DNA of 64,000 nucleotides from Vairimorpha necatrix (Eukaryota): NCBI GenBank assembly GCA_036630325.1, contig CP142727.1, positions 992,001 to 1,056,000 of the forward strand, read 5' to 3'. Shown piece by piece: positions 38,401 to 52,291 of this stretch (position 1 is its first letter; each line of letters starts with the position of its first letter). The notes under the pieces were generated by a model. It saw only the letters and a program-made list of their open reading frames with translations, ran no database searches and was not told where the DNA came from. The position numbers and the translations under genes were made by a program.

Positions 38401-39436
38401 GGCTAATATTAGTATTAGTGTAAAAAATCAAGGGTCGAAAATTTTAAAAAATTGCCCCTTTTTGAAAAAAAGGAGTGGAATGCTAAGAAATGAGAAAATC
38501 GTAAATTTTATATATGTTTTGCAAACAACAAATATAATCGGAAATATATTAAATGTGGTTGTGATATGACTATAGCATCGAAAAACTGCTTACTTTTGGG
38601 TGTAACTCTTATAAGTGTAAATATAGATTTTCAATTTGGAATAATTCTTTATTTGCAAACACTATAGAACATTTGCTCATGTTAAAAAAGTAAAGTTGTT
38701 GATCTTAGGAATTAAAGCAATTTATATATTAAGAATTTGTGATGCAACATACAAAACGTAAGTTGCACCCTAGAAAAATCATACAAATTAAATATTATGA
38801 GAGATATTAAAATAAGATCAAACAGATAGAGGCGAAGATATTGCAGTAGAGATGGATGTGAGTAAAATTGGAAAAAAATAGATATTATAGAGGAAGGCTT
38901 GTATGGGAGTTGGGGTGTTTCGGGATGTTGTGACTCCCGAAACAAAGAAGATAGTTTTCGTAATTATTAAGAAAAAACAAAGATACACTGCTTTCAATTA
39001 TGTTTAAGAATATATTTGAAATCTGTTTTTCATTTGGATATGTGGAAGGCATTTATTTTTACAAAAAATCATTATGCAGCCAAAGAACTGTTGATTTCAG
39101 TCAAGCCTTTGGGAACTTAGAGACGAAGTCTATACGAACACCATCGGAAACACCTAAATGCCTTTGTAATAATAGGTGTATAATAAAAAACTTCGCTGAA
39201 AGTAATTTAACTTAATATACGATTGAAAGAAATGAGAGCCAATGTATCTTCAAAGCATTATGAAACTCATTTTTGATATATTTTAGTCAATTTAAGTATA
39301 TTTTATTACATTTTTACATCTTCATTACATTTTAGGTTTTTTTTGAAGTTTTTTCTTCCTTTGCTTTTTTAAAAAAGGGCAAAATTTTTAAAATTTTGAC
39401 CGCCCTAATTTTTTTACATTAATGCTGATTTTGGCC
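38401..39436 (+). mobile_element. Highly degenerate Merlin transposon
   Basis: ~70-bp imperfect TIRs (GGCTAA.../...TTGGCC); remnants VEMDVSK, HLDMWKA, TNTIGN. Confidence 0.7.
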
Positions 39437-40334
39437 TAAGAAAATAGCATTTAACTCAATATATGTAATAATGATTTAAAGAGGAAGAATTATAATTTTT
39501 GACATTACGTTAAAAAGATTTGATACAAACACGCAAGACTCATTGCTAGTAAAATTATTTATTTTATAAAGTGCATGCATGCATGCTTTATAATTCGTAC
39601 GATTAAGATTAAATACCCTCTTAAAATATAATCCTGGCGATGTAGCAAATTTCTCCGTATCCATTTTTCTTTGGCTTTATGAACCTTGGATCTCTATTAT
39701 TTCCATATAGCATTTGAAATATTATGCCATCGAGATTGGCGCAACATTTGAGTTGCCTAGATGAGACATCTTCGCTTTAGTTTGAAGCCTCTACTATCCT
39801 CAGCATCTATAAAATCCCTCAGCACATGTCAACGTAGTCAATAATGCTTTTATGAGCTGCGTCGAACAAATATGCCCACTAAGCCCAAGACGAATGATTC
39901 ATAATTTTATAGTCTATTTAGGAACTACTTGCTATACTACTCTGGTCTTTTGTATTAGTTAAAAAACCTCATACAGAAGTTTTTAACTAAGCTCTCTCTT
40001 GTTCATGTAAAAATTTTCTACACTGAGTAGAAATTTGAGCAACGTTGTCCGTTTATGAATTATAAACATTTTTTGCTACTGTACACAAGCATTTTATTTT
40101 AATCAACTTAACAAATGCAGAAGTGCATTACACGGTCTTTAAAATGTTCAACACATCTTAGAAATAAAAATAAGAATAGATATACATGAAATATAAAAAC
40201 ATATGTATCAACACAATCTTTTCGACTACCTTATAATTATGTTTTGTGAATCATATATGAATTTTTATTTATTCATTATATTTACTTTAAGATATAAAAT
40301 TAGTTATTCTTTTGAGATTTTGGTTATTACATAA

Positions 40335-43300
40335 TGTTATATTCAGTAATAATATTAAACCCTAATTATGTTAAGCACTAATATGGGGCGATACCTAAAG
40401 AAGAGTTCGCAAGAGAGAACTGTGGCCAAGTGTTCAGAAAGACGTTACAGGAGTTAGAGCGTATATTGTATTAATTGGATTTGAGAGAGGTAGATAGAGT
40501 GAAATGGAAGAGTGAGCTGTATAAGTTGGCTTCGATAGATATAAAAGATTTTATTGTGAGAAATATCAAAAAGGAAGAAAATATTGAAGGAATAAGGAAG
40601 AAGCTATTGTTGAAAGTTAAGAGTTAGAGGAGGAAGAGAAGAGATATGAGGAAATGAGAGAATGGGTTTCTAGGACGGCAAATTAAGAAATTAGTAGAGA
40701 ACAACACAGACAAAAATTGAGAGTACCGAGATGCTCTTATTGTGATAGACAATGGCATAGGGTGTTTGAATGCAGACTGAAGATTAACAGAGATAAATAT
40801 TGTAAAAAGAATAACAAGGATAATAGTTTCAAAATAGAAGTAGGTAGTGGATCAGAGTCAAGTCAAGAGCGAGATTTTAGAAGAACAAAAAGAGGTCTTA
40901 GAATCAAATTTGAGAAAAATCAAAAAGAATATGGTATTAAAGAGGATAGTAAGAGAATCAAAATGATTTTAGATAAGTATTCGAAGAGTTTCGGAGAGGT
41001 TTTTAAGTTAGGAAAAGAGGAGATAAAATATTGTAAACTGGAAAAATGTAAAATCTTACTGAAGCGGGTATGGAGGTATTTAAAAAGGGACAAATGGTTC
41101 CGCAGGCATTGATAAAAGATACAGAGTTACATTTAGAAGATTTATTAAAAAGAAAAGTGATAAGAGAGTCAAATTCAAGTTAGAGAAATCCTATAAGGTC
41201 ATTCAGAAAGCCAAATGGTGGGATAAAATTGGTTAGTAATTTGATGGCATTGAACGATATTTTAGAAAAGGACAAGTATAAATTGTCTAACATAAGAGAT
41301 GTTGTAAGAGCTACACAAGGTGCAAAATATATGACGGGTTTCGACTTAAAAGAAGCCTTCTATAGTATTGAGATAGAGGAAGAGGATAAACATAAGACGA
41401 CGTTTGATTTTAATGGCAAGATTTATGAATAAAATTCTATGGCTATGGGTTATAAGAATAGCCCGCAGATATTGCAGAGAATTTTGGATAGAATTTTTAG
41501 AGATATGAAAGGCAAAGGAGTATAGGTGTATATGGACGATATTGTGTTGTACAGCCGAACGATAGGAGAACACGAGCAATTAGTCAAAATAGTATTAAAT
41601 AGACTGAAAGAAAACAATATGAAGCTGAATGCAGATAAAGGCTAGTTTTGTCAACGGAAGTTAAATTATTGGGAGTCACTTAAAATGGAGAAGATATAAT
41701 ACCGTCAGAGATAAGAAATATGAAGCCCTAGAGTTTCCGATACCAACATGCGTGTCAGATGTAAGAAGATTTTTAGGAATGACGGGTCGGTTCAGAGATT
41801 TTATTAAGAATTACGCCGGATTGACAGTTAGGTTGACAGACAGTTTAAAAGGGAAGAATGATAATTGGAAGTGGACAGATGATATGAACAACGAGTTTAA
41901 TAATTTAAAAGAAGTATTGAAATGTTTAGGAAAGCTGCAAATAGCAGATTATGATAAAGAATTTTTGTTGAGGACTGACGCTAGTAATGTAGGCATGAGT
42001 GCAGTATTGTTACAGAAAAATAATCAAGGAGAATGGGTGCCAGTACAGTGGGCGTCTAAGAAGTTTACCGTTACGGAGGTTAATTATTGAATATCAGAAA
42101 AAAAATGTACGCAGTTTTTTGGGGCGTTTAAAAGTTTGAATACGAATTAAGAGGTAGGAAATTTAGAATAGAAGCTGATCATAAAGCGTTAGGCGAAATA
42201 AGAAACAAACCCGACTTTAAGAATGCTTGAATTAATAGAAGGGTCGAGAAAATACAGGAATTTGATTTCGAGATAGAATATAGAACTCCAGAAAATATGG
42301 TCGTAGCCGATGTGCTAAGTAGGGTATATACAAAAGAAAAAGAGAAATGAAACACGCCGTGATAGACAAATAGAAGGGAAAGAAATAAGCACGTAAAATT
42401 GTAGAAGGTAAAGAATACTGGGTATTTGATAGTAGAAGAGAAAGCGAAATGCCTTTTGAACAAGACAGAGAGAGATTAATAATGGATTGTCATGTCAATT
42501 TGAGACACAGAAGCAGAACAACGGTATATTATGAGTTGAGTAAACAGTATTATTGCACAGGGATTTAGGATCAGATCGAAAAGGTACCTAAGAATTGCAA
42601 GACTTGTCAGATTTATAATAGAAAAACAAGTGGCGGTTCTGATTTAGTAAACAACAAGATATTTAGAGAAGGTTGGCTTAGATTTAATAGAATTCAGGGA
42701 AGAGAAAGTGTTTATTGTTTTAGCAGTCGATTACTTTACAAGGAGACAATGGGGAAGAGTATTGAAGAGCAAGCACGCATCTGGAATTGCCGAATTTATT
42801 AAGGATTTGTGTAAAGAGGGCAGAAAACCAGAGGAAATCATTACGGATAATGGTAAAGAGTTTTGCCACGAAAAAGTCAGCGAGCTATGTAGAAATTTGG
42901 ATATTAGTCATAGAAAGGTCAGCGTTGAGTCGCACAAAAGTAATGGAAGAGTAGAATGAGTTATTAGAACTGTAAGAGATAGTATTTTAAAGAGCCAAAA
43001 AGAGAAATTCGAGACCAAGGTTTATGAAGCTATTGAGAAATATAATTTAAGTTTTCATGCTGGAATTAAGTGCACACCAGTAGAAGCTTTGACCGATAAT
43101 ACAGGAAATGTTAGTATGGAGAATAGTCCTGAGGGAAAGTATGCGCAGCAGTTTAAAAGTTAGCTTAGAGAAAAGTTCAAAAGGAACTAGATAGTTAAGG
43201 TTGCCAAGAATGAGAATTTAAAGGGATGTAGTAAGTATAGTAAGGGCCGATTTTTAGACATGTGAAAAGTGATTGAGCTATCCAAGGGGATTCATATATA

Positions 43301-43447
43301 GTGAGATTACAGAATGGAAGGTGAGTGAAAAAAGGCATTATGATCTTAAGGGTGTAGGCGATTTAAAGTAAGTTGAAGGAGACTAACCGTCTAGGGGATG
43401 TTATATTCAGTAATAATATTAAACCCCAATTATGTTAGGCACTAATC
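40335..43447 (+). mobile_element. Protease-less Ty3/Gypsy element, 3.11 kb, 49-bp LTRs, degenerate
   Basis: LTRs 40335-40383 and 43399-43447; TSD CATAA/TATAA; PBS TGGGGCGATACC; PPT AGGGGA; knuckle CSYCDRQWHRVFEC then RT (VYMDD), RNase H (RTDAS), integrase (ITDNGKEF); related to the 58026 element. Confidence 0.9.
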
Positions 43448-43452
43448 TATAA

Positions 43453-43760
43453 TGTCAGGCGACGAACCTATGCTGACAATAAGACCCCCAAATGTGAGTG
43501 ATTCTTATTTAATATACATGTAAACGATGATATAAGTGACAGGTAATTAATTTATATTGAATGTGAGCATTTTGAAAGTTACTTTTACTTTAGCAATTTA
43601 CTCTTTTCGGAGTAGACCGTCGAAATGGTCTATTCCAAATATTTCCTATTAATTTATTTTCCAGCGCTTACCCTTCATCATATGTTCATGACACTATCCA
43701 AATAAATCTTTTATTATTACTCCGTCTTCTATTTCAGATCAGACATCGTGTCTGATCATA
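43453..43760. mobile_element. S5 solo-LTR-like element, second copy
   Basis: Reverse-complement homolog of 24256-24557; TSD TATAA on both sides. Confidence 0.8.
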
Positions 43761-44129
43761 TATAATATTGTTTTGTTTTAAAAAATTTGGAGTTGAGCGC
43801 TTAATTTATTTATAATTAAGACCATATTTTATTTAAATTTTTATATTTTTTGCTGTTAGATAAGACACATAGAATAAATTTTGTTTTGTATAAAACCATT
43901 TTGTTTCTTTTGTTGTGAACAAAATCATTCTCGTATTTGTTCATGGCTTTGTTTGACATGTAAAATCAAATATTCCTACATTTTTTACTGTTACATAGGA
44001 GCCCTCTGTAAATTTCACATTATTTCATAATTTAGATAATAAGCTCAACTAATACATGTTTTATAACTTGTGCAGTTTAAATAATATGATCTTGTTTTCT
44101 TAATATTTTCTTTTGTTTTTTCCACCCCT

Positions 44130-45368
44130 ATGTCTTCACACATTTTACTCTCGGATATTAAATTTATTAAATCTAATATTGAGAATAAATTTTCACAAGA
44201 TTTCTCTTACATATTTGATAGTTCTTATGATGTCCCCAAAACCAATGTATTTTTATTATTAAAATATCAAGATTATTTTATAAATCTATTAGATTATACA
44301 AGATATTTTAAAACAAAGGAAGAACATTTTTTTTTAAGTTACGATTCACTACTTTCTTCTTATATGATAGAATTAAATGTAACATTGACAGAGTATGGTA
44401 TAGAAATACACATTTCAGGTATTTCTACTAAAATAGTAGAGATATGTTCTTTGTTCATTGAATTTTTATTCAAAAACAAAGACGCAGATAGAAGCTCTTT
44501 AGTGCTTTTCAAAATTAAAAATAATTTGATACGTGAAAAATTTGCACAATCTTATAAAAGATTATTCCAGAAGTTGAAATCTTTATTTATTGAAGATTAC
44601 AGTATGTCGGAGGATATGTTGAATGATATTTCGAAAATTGAGAATTCAAGTAATGATACTAATAGCAATCTTGAGGATAAAATTATCAATAATATTGTCA
44701 ATTCGGATAATTTTAGATGTGAAATATATGTAATTGGGAACATTCTTTTAGAAGAAGCCGAGTGTATTAAAAATATAGTCAACTCTAAAAGTAATATCTC
44801 ATTTAATACCAAAAATGGTTTAATAGCATGCGAGGAATTTGTAGATTCTTATGATGTAAGTAATAATGCCTGTGGATTATTTTTTCCTACAAATAAAACC
44901 ACTGATCTAAAGAACAAAGTCATTTCATCATTTATTGTAAATTCAGTTAGTGAAATATTCTTCGATCAACTACGTACAAACGAGGAATTTGGTTATGTAG
45001 TGAGTGCTAATACTTACAAAATCCTAGATCAGGAATTTATCTATTTCGTAGTACAAAGTGAACGAGATGTAAAAGATATTAAAGACAGAATATTTAAATT
45101 TATTGAATTTACTAAAAAATACTTAAAGGAAATGAAGGAAGAAGAGTTTTTAAATAGGAAAGAGGCTATTAGAGATCATTTTAGTGAATCTCATAAAAAT
45201 CTGAGCAGTTATAGCAATTTTTTATATACAAAGGGAATTTGCGGGCTTAATGGTTTGAAATATAAAGAAGAAATTGTTCAATATATTGAAAATATGAAAC
45301 TAAATGAAGTTATAGATAGTAAAATGCTTGAGAAATGTATTGTTATTTCAACAAAAAGGAAAAAATAA
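44130..45368 (+). CDS. Insulinase (M16A, IDE-like) peptidase, C-terminal half only
   Basis: FFDQLRTNEEFGYVV and YIFDSSYDVPKT motifs of IDE domains 3-4; no HXXEH; CCCC directly before ATG. Confidence 0.85.
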   Translation: MSSHILLSDIKFIKSNIENKFSQDFSYIFDSSYDVPKTNVFLLLKYQDYFINLLDYTRYFKTKEEHFFLSYDSLLSSYMIELNVTLTEYGIEIHISGISTKIVEICSLFIEFLFKNKDADRSSLVLFKIKNNLIREKFAQSYKRLFQKLKSLFIEDYSMSEDMLNDISKIENSSNDTNSNLEDKIINNIVNSDNFRCEIYVIGNILLEEAECIKNIVNSKSNISFNTKNGLIACEEFVDSYDVSNNACGLFFPTNKTTDLKNKVISSFIVNSVSEIFFDQLRTNEEFGYVVSANTYKILDQEFIYFVVQSERDVKDIKDRIFKFIEFTKKYLKEMKEEEFLNRKEAIRDHFSESHKNLSSYSNFLYTKGICGLNGLKYKEEIVQYIENMKLNEVIDSKMLEKCIVISTKRKK

Positions 45369-47820
45369 ATTACTTTGACTTCAAATATTTACTAGTTGCT
45401 TAAGCTGACCTCAAGCTTGCGTCTAAACTGGGACACCAGAATAAGACTGGAAAGTTAATAAATGTAAACCTCTTAGCATTTGCAAAGTAATGAACTTTAG
45501 AAGTTACTCAATAACTTATGAAATTAGAAGATGTGATCATATATACAGCCTTCTTTAAAATTTAAACATCGTTAATTTTTATAATAATAAATAATTATAA
45601 TGAGAAAAAAAAACTTGCAGTAGTTTACCACAATACATTTTGCGATTCAATACAATAAATACTACGTGTATTAAATTTTTTGGCACTACATATTTAATAG
45701 CTAACCTCAATCCCAACTTGGAATTGATTTGTAAAACAAGATGCCTTAAGATTGTGGTGCAGCATTAAAATATTCTGTATATCGAAATTAAAAATGTAAA
45801 CAGGAAACCTCTATAAGTCTAAAAACCACAAAATTGGCTTAGAGGTACAATCTACATGGCTTTAAAGAGTAACAGTAGTCAATTGAAAAAAAATTCTATA
45901 ATAACACAAACACCATTTTGCCTGTTAAAGGTTATGGACTAACGGCGCTGTTAGATAAAACGAAAGATCGGGGACTTGTAATATAAAATTCCATTTAACG
46001 TCCGTCAGTAATTACATCAAATGACACGACGAAGTCATAACATGATTATATCTTCTATTATGTAAAGCATATGGTTTAAACAATATTAGAACTATAAGTA
46101 AACATTCGGTTAAAAAATCATAGGAAATTTTTTGAAAAAGCTGGAATACATTTTTGCCATGACTTCATAAAATGCTTATGTTTTACAAGAAGAGAAAGGT
46201 AGATTAAACTTTAAGTTTGGCTTTAACACATCGAACATGAAAAAAACAGAGGAGTAAATCTTCTCGCAAACGAGTTACAAAAATCCTTAGGGCCTAACAA
46301 GAAGAAGTAATGTACGATTTTAACGACATTCATTATAAAAATACTAGAAAATTAAAAAAATAAATAAAGACTTACTTTAGCTATGGAATTGCTATTATTT
46401 TAGAATAAATTTTTCTGAAAATAATTATGATTATCAGCTGAAAGCTATAATATCACTTGTAATAATAGCGAATATAATTTCCTTCAACGATGTTGAGGTA
46501 AATCTCTAAATATAACCGATAAGGAACGCAACTGACTCGTAATACTATATCAAAGCTACTAAAAGCATAGAATTTATAAAAATTTAAATCTTATTGATTT
46601 TTATCATTGTTTATGCAAAACATTAATGTATCATTATATTGTTGATCACATTCCTTAAATAAAAAAATAATTAGTACGGAAGCCTATATCATGTATTCTT
46701 GTGATTGTTAAAAGAATAAAAGATAGATCATATATAAACATGTGAATATTAAAAAATTCTACCGTAGTAACTATATTTAGGATAATATATTGAAAAATGG
46801 TCTGCTTAGATATTTTACAGTAATAGATCAAGAGTTCTATATAAGTGCTGTTTTAATGTTATAAACATTTTCATAAACAAAGCATATTTTATACGTGATA
46901 GCATGTTTAATAAAAGATTGTAAATTTTGACATTAAAGTCATTATCGCGTGTTTTTTGTTTTTATAACCAATGATAAGTTTTATGGAATGTGTTTCTTTA
47001 AGAAAAAAAATTTCAGGAAAAACTATCGAAGAAGTGCTCCAAAATCAACGTTTTTTACAAATGTAAAAGATCAAAAGAAATGTTTTTTTTTGTGAGTATT
47101 ACTCATAAAAGAGATTAACATCTAAAAAACATAATTACGTAATTTTGTAATTTAGATAGAAGTTCTTTTTTCAAATTTATTTACAATAATGACCGTAAAT
47201 AATAAGAAAAGTTTTGAAATGGGTGTACACTAAATAGTAATTTATGGTATTATTTTTCGAATCTAGTGATCGTATATTCGAAAAATAATGATTTACAAAA
47301 TCTCTTGCAAAACTGCAAGCTATAAAAATCCAAATGATGTATTGAATGTTTTTTTTTTGTATTTTACCATGTTCATTGAAATGTATACAAATATTTAGTT
47401 TTGCAAACTATGTCTGTAAAAATCAATAATCTGATTTATTTTTATGAATATAAAAATCTCATCAATCTATTAGATTAAATAATTAGCAACCATTCCATAT
47501 ATGACTCCTAATAACATCAATTTTTAAGTGATGTAAAAAAAAACATACATAATTGAAGAACATAAATAGTACTATTGCATTCTGTATAATTTTCTATGAT
47601 ATTAAATGCCGTCGATTGAAAAAAAATAATTACGATTCATGATATTTGATATTGAAAAATTAATAAATTGAGTAAACCTCAAAAGTATAAAATTTTGTTT
47701 ATTGTAATTGGTAGCTTTTGTTTGTATATTATACAGAACAAAATAACTATGGTATGTTTAAAATCATAACCAAATTTCTAATTTAACATGTGTAAAGAAA
47801 AAAAAATAAAGAGCCCTAGG

Positions 47821-48599
47821 ATGTTTTTTGTTTCTTTTCTGTTTGTTCTAAATATACAAAAAGCAATTGCTAGCTATGGAACTAATACTTTATCAGAATT
47901 AAAAAAGATACTGAATGCATAATGAATGCGTCGGGGCTCTTCGGCACAAAACCGTACCTTATTCATTTAAAATTATATGTACGAAGAAGGAAACCAAATT
48001 ACAAAGATAATGTTTAAAGCCATATTAAATAAAGTTGTTTCCAAAATAAAAGAGAACCATTATGACAAAATCAATTCACGACAAAGACTACGAAATTCAT
48101 AGAGGAGACTTGGCTTTTGGGCTCTACCTGTATGCTTTAAAAGAGGTCCCTGATATGACAGTGCGTTGTGGCAAAGCCGAATAGTTCATATGTTAATTTA
48201 TGATCTTGAAAGGAAAAGTAGAGAATTGTGTGAGTCATTGATAAGTATGAAATAAAAAAGTGAAAACTTAATCTTGACCAAGTCAAACTTGTTGTGAACA
48301 AATTTATTAATATCAAATTATATAAGGAAAACAGTTTAGTAGTTGAAGAGGTATGTAAAAATGTTGATTACAAACAAATTCTTGCGCATATATTCTATGT
48401 ACATATTTTTCCTTCAAGTATCAATAAAATGGCCAATTTTAAATGTGCGGAAAACGGCAATTTGGGACACAAGGCACATTACGATCTCATGTGTCAGTTA
48501 TTACTCGATTTTAATTCTACACAATCTTATTTTCAAAATATGACAGAATTAGTTAATTGTATAATAAGTGTTGGTTTTAAAATTATTATGTATATTTGA
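47821..48599 (+). pseudogene. Pseudogenised paralog of the secreted family (52292/57060)
   Basis: CCC..ATG; signal-like MFFVSFLFVLNIQKAIA; KENSLVVEEVCKNVDYKQIL matches the paralogs; stops and frameshifts. Confidence 0.8.
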
Positions 48600-49948
48600 C
48601 GCTATTTTAGTCTACTATTAATATTTATCAATTTAAAATGAATGTAAAATTTAATTTTTGGGTTTTTTTTATATATCCAGTTCTTCTACATGATTCTATT
48701 GTTAAATAGTTTTCAGCCCGATGCTATTTATAGCTTTAAATACATATGGTTCCTAACTTTTATTTAGTTTTCTCTTCTGTACAATAGTTCTTATTATGAG
48801 GTCTCTGAATTTTTTATAATCTTAAATCAGGTTACTATCATTATATTTTTTCACTTATCGATAATTATCAGTATTTAATAAATTTACTTTGTTGTTTAAA
48901 AGTAAACCTTTGAATTATTTCCCTATTAGATATTTTATAGGTCATAATCCAATGTTTTGAAAGTATAAACATCTGAAAAAATTTAAATTTGGTTTATCTT
49001 GGGGGGAGGGGTTTAAGTAATCGATTACGGAAATGAAATTGATAACTATAAACTAAAAAAACCATTATGCTTTATACATTAAGATGGCGTCGAACCAACA
49101 TAAATTTAATTAGCATTTAGAAAATGACATAGTAATTTCCATAAGTCAATTCTTTTTGAAAAGACAATATTTACAGCGATTTTTATTTTTAATAAATGTA
49201 ACCGAATGATGAATCATTTTAAAGTACAGGACAATAAAAATATAACAGCACAAATATTTTAATAAACTTTTTATAGACTGATTCGACATGAACTATTTTT
49301 ATCGCCTTTGAATAGAGATGAAAGCTATTTAAAATATGTCGAGTTCGTAGACGTTAAGTGTATTAACACTAATTAGACATTAAAAATTGTTTTGAGTTTT
49401 TACATTTATCGGGAAATCTTCTATATATTAAATATTATTAATCGCCGTAGTAACAGCTTATAACAAACGTTTTAAAGTTTAAAGATTTCAAAAATTTTGA
49501 GTGATAGCTATAATTCGACCCAATGTAAAATATACGAACAATCTAAGGAATGGTATTTGTAATTATTTTAAAGACGTAGAGAAACTGTTTACCTGAACCT
49601 ATCCCGAATAAACGCAATTGTTAATAGATTCAGTTCGTAAACAAAGGCGAGAATTTGAATAAATTGGATTTGAATTTAGATGTTTCTCGTCATAAGTTTA
49701 ATATAGAAATTGTAATGTATGTTGTGAATATCTTGTCTTCTGTATTTTGAATATCTAAAAATGGCCAAACTTGTTCTATTGGCTACATGTTGTTTGATTC
49801 TAAGGAATATAAAAACATGTCTAGTTATGTAAAAACAAGCCGTATCAAGAATATAGTAAATATACGTCATGATTTCTACCCATCATGTTGTAAATTTTAG
49901 AAAAAACTTACCAAGAACAAATACATATTGTTATAGTACAGGAAAAAC

Positions 49949-50602
49949 GGTACATGACCGTTTGGAACCCGCTTTGGGAAAATGAACCCGCATTGAAAAA
50001 TTCAAAAAAAAAGAAAAATAAAAAAAATTATTAAAAAGGGACTTAACGATTTATTTTAAATAATGACAGAAAACAATTTATCCGACGATTTTGGGGAATT
50101 TGGAAAGCCCAGTATAACTGTAAAAGGTACTCATAGTGTTCTTCTTTGTTTATGTTAAGATCACCTATCTCTTATAGAAATGAGCCAAAACCAACTAAAT
50201 TATATGGAGTTGTGACTCAGAATCGCTAGAGGTTACAGCATTTTTGGAGTGCTTCTTAGTACTGTGCTCCATCCCTTTGCTTAGCTAATGTGGCATCATA
50301 TGCTACCCGTTGATTAGAGATCATAATAGAAACAGGTTATACATTTTCTTGTATTACCTCAAGGAAAAAGCATTATTTATACTAGTTACAGAAACGAGCA
50401 AGGTGCACGCCGATTCAGCATCAAATGTTTCCAAAATAAACTTTTCCTTATATTCCATGTATAAATACATTTCATCACTAAAAACCTCATCTGCCTCAAC
50501 AAACAATGTTTTTGCCAATTTTGCCATTTTTTTAAAGGGGGGTCCTTTAAAATTTCAATGCGGGTTCATTTTCCCAAAGCGGGTTCCAAACGGTCATGTA
50601 CC
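49949..50602 (-). mobile_element. Non-autonomous, internally deleted Merlin derivative
   Basis: ~48-bp perfect TIRs GGTACATGACCGTTTGGAACCCGC; perfect TSD GGAAAAAC; interior is decayed Merlin DDE sequence (VEADE, MISNQ..AY, HST..H). Confidence 0.9.
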
Positions 50603-52291
50603 GGAAAAACACCAGTATATTAATATTGACATCTGATGTACTCAATGGCGAATAATAATCGTGTGCCAAACAAGTAAGTTATCATGAGATTAGAGTGTTG
50701 TCAATGTAAAATGTGTTTAAAAATGAAAAGTTATTTGTATGAATTTTATTTTTCACAGTCTAAAAGGTATTTAAGACAAAATGAATTAATTGTGCGGTAT
50801 TTTGAATATTTTATGTCTTATTATATGTGTTCTCCATTTTATACACATTTTTTTTCTTCTTATTTTAACTTTGGCATTGGGATTTACTTAAGTTTTATTT
50901 GTTATAATGGAATAAATATCATTTGTTATTGAATTCTAAAATATCAATACAAAGCTTAATGCCCAAAATACTAGCCGTGTTATACATATTTTTTTTATTT
51001 TGAGTATAATTTATAAAAAGGGATTATAATATTTTCTTCTAGATATAACTCACGAATATGCATTACATGGTCTCAAAATGACACCAAGCCAACTTATAGG
51101 TAAAAAGAAAAGTAAATAGATAAATTATGACGATTTATTTATTCCATAGAAATAAAATGTAGTCCATGGAAATGTGGCAGTAACATGTTTAGCACAATTC
51201 TTTAATATGGAAGCTTTATAAGACATTATGTGTAATAATACTGTTTTTTATATTTCAACAATATATCAATGCATTTATATTCAATCTTTAATTTATTTAT
51301 CAAAAATTACTAATATAATTTAAAAGTTCAAAAATATGAGATCAAAAAATATTCTGGCTTCAATGTTTTAAAATTATACATATGTTTTTTTATAATAATA
51401 TTAACGTTGCTTGAGGCCTTCATAAGTATTCTTTCAATTTAAAGATGAGTAAAACATAATAAGTGATGTTTTATTGTAAGGACATTGTTTGGGTGAAATA
51501 CATCGGTATACTATGTTTCAAATAAATGCTTGTCTTAGAATGTAAAATCTATTATAATCACATTTTTTTCCATACTACAAACAACGATAAATTAAAAAAC
51601 ACTTACTTATTAATTGACATTTCTGTATAAAATTTTGAAAAGAAAGTAGTAACGCTAAAACAAAAAATTAAAGCTTACATTAAATCAAAGTATACGTTAT
51701 TTTTTGTCTATATTATAACGGCAATGTTTAAAACAGCGACACATTAAAAAGCAAATATTAAGATTATTTAATACACATGAATATTGTTTTTACTCTTCGG
51801 TTATTGATAGAAATTTTGAATTTGTTATTTGGCGGTAAATATATCGAAGAACATTATATTTTGCGTAATTTAAGTTTTTTTTTTTAAGCTTTGATATATG
51901 AATTATATTAAATATAATATATGACTCTATAACGATGACGATATGAAAACAGTCATGTAAGTACATGATACAAGTAAAGAACGAATGAAATAATACAATC
52001 ATTAAAAATATATATGAAGCCATAATATCTTCATAAATTGAACATATTATTTATGATGTTGTGAAATAATTAAATAAAAAAGAAACTACATACGTAATAA
52101 ATATAACATAAATTTGAAAAACGTCAAAAAAATGCCAATTCTTGTTTGTCATAAATTTTAAGAACAAAAAACATTATTATATGATTTAATATGATAGTTA
52201 ATATTTTACACTTAAAAGCATAATTATTCAATTCAAAGAAATTTCTTAATTAAATGTCATTTATATAAGAAAAAATAAATGATCCCATAAA

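Noticed and set aside
39476-40130. Missing N-terminal half of the insulinase upstream of the Gypsy
   Set aside because: No HXXEH or other M16 motif recognised; the only ORF there is short and on the opposite strand.
49949-50602. MITE carrying a captured cargo gene (ORFs 50310-50636, 63185-63599)
   Set aside because: The minus strand is recognisably decayed Merlin transposase; the plus-strand ORFs are antisense shadows.
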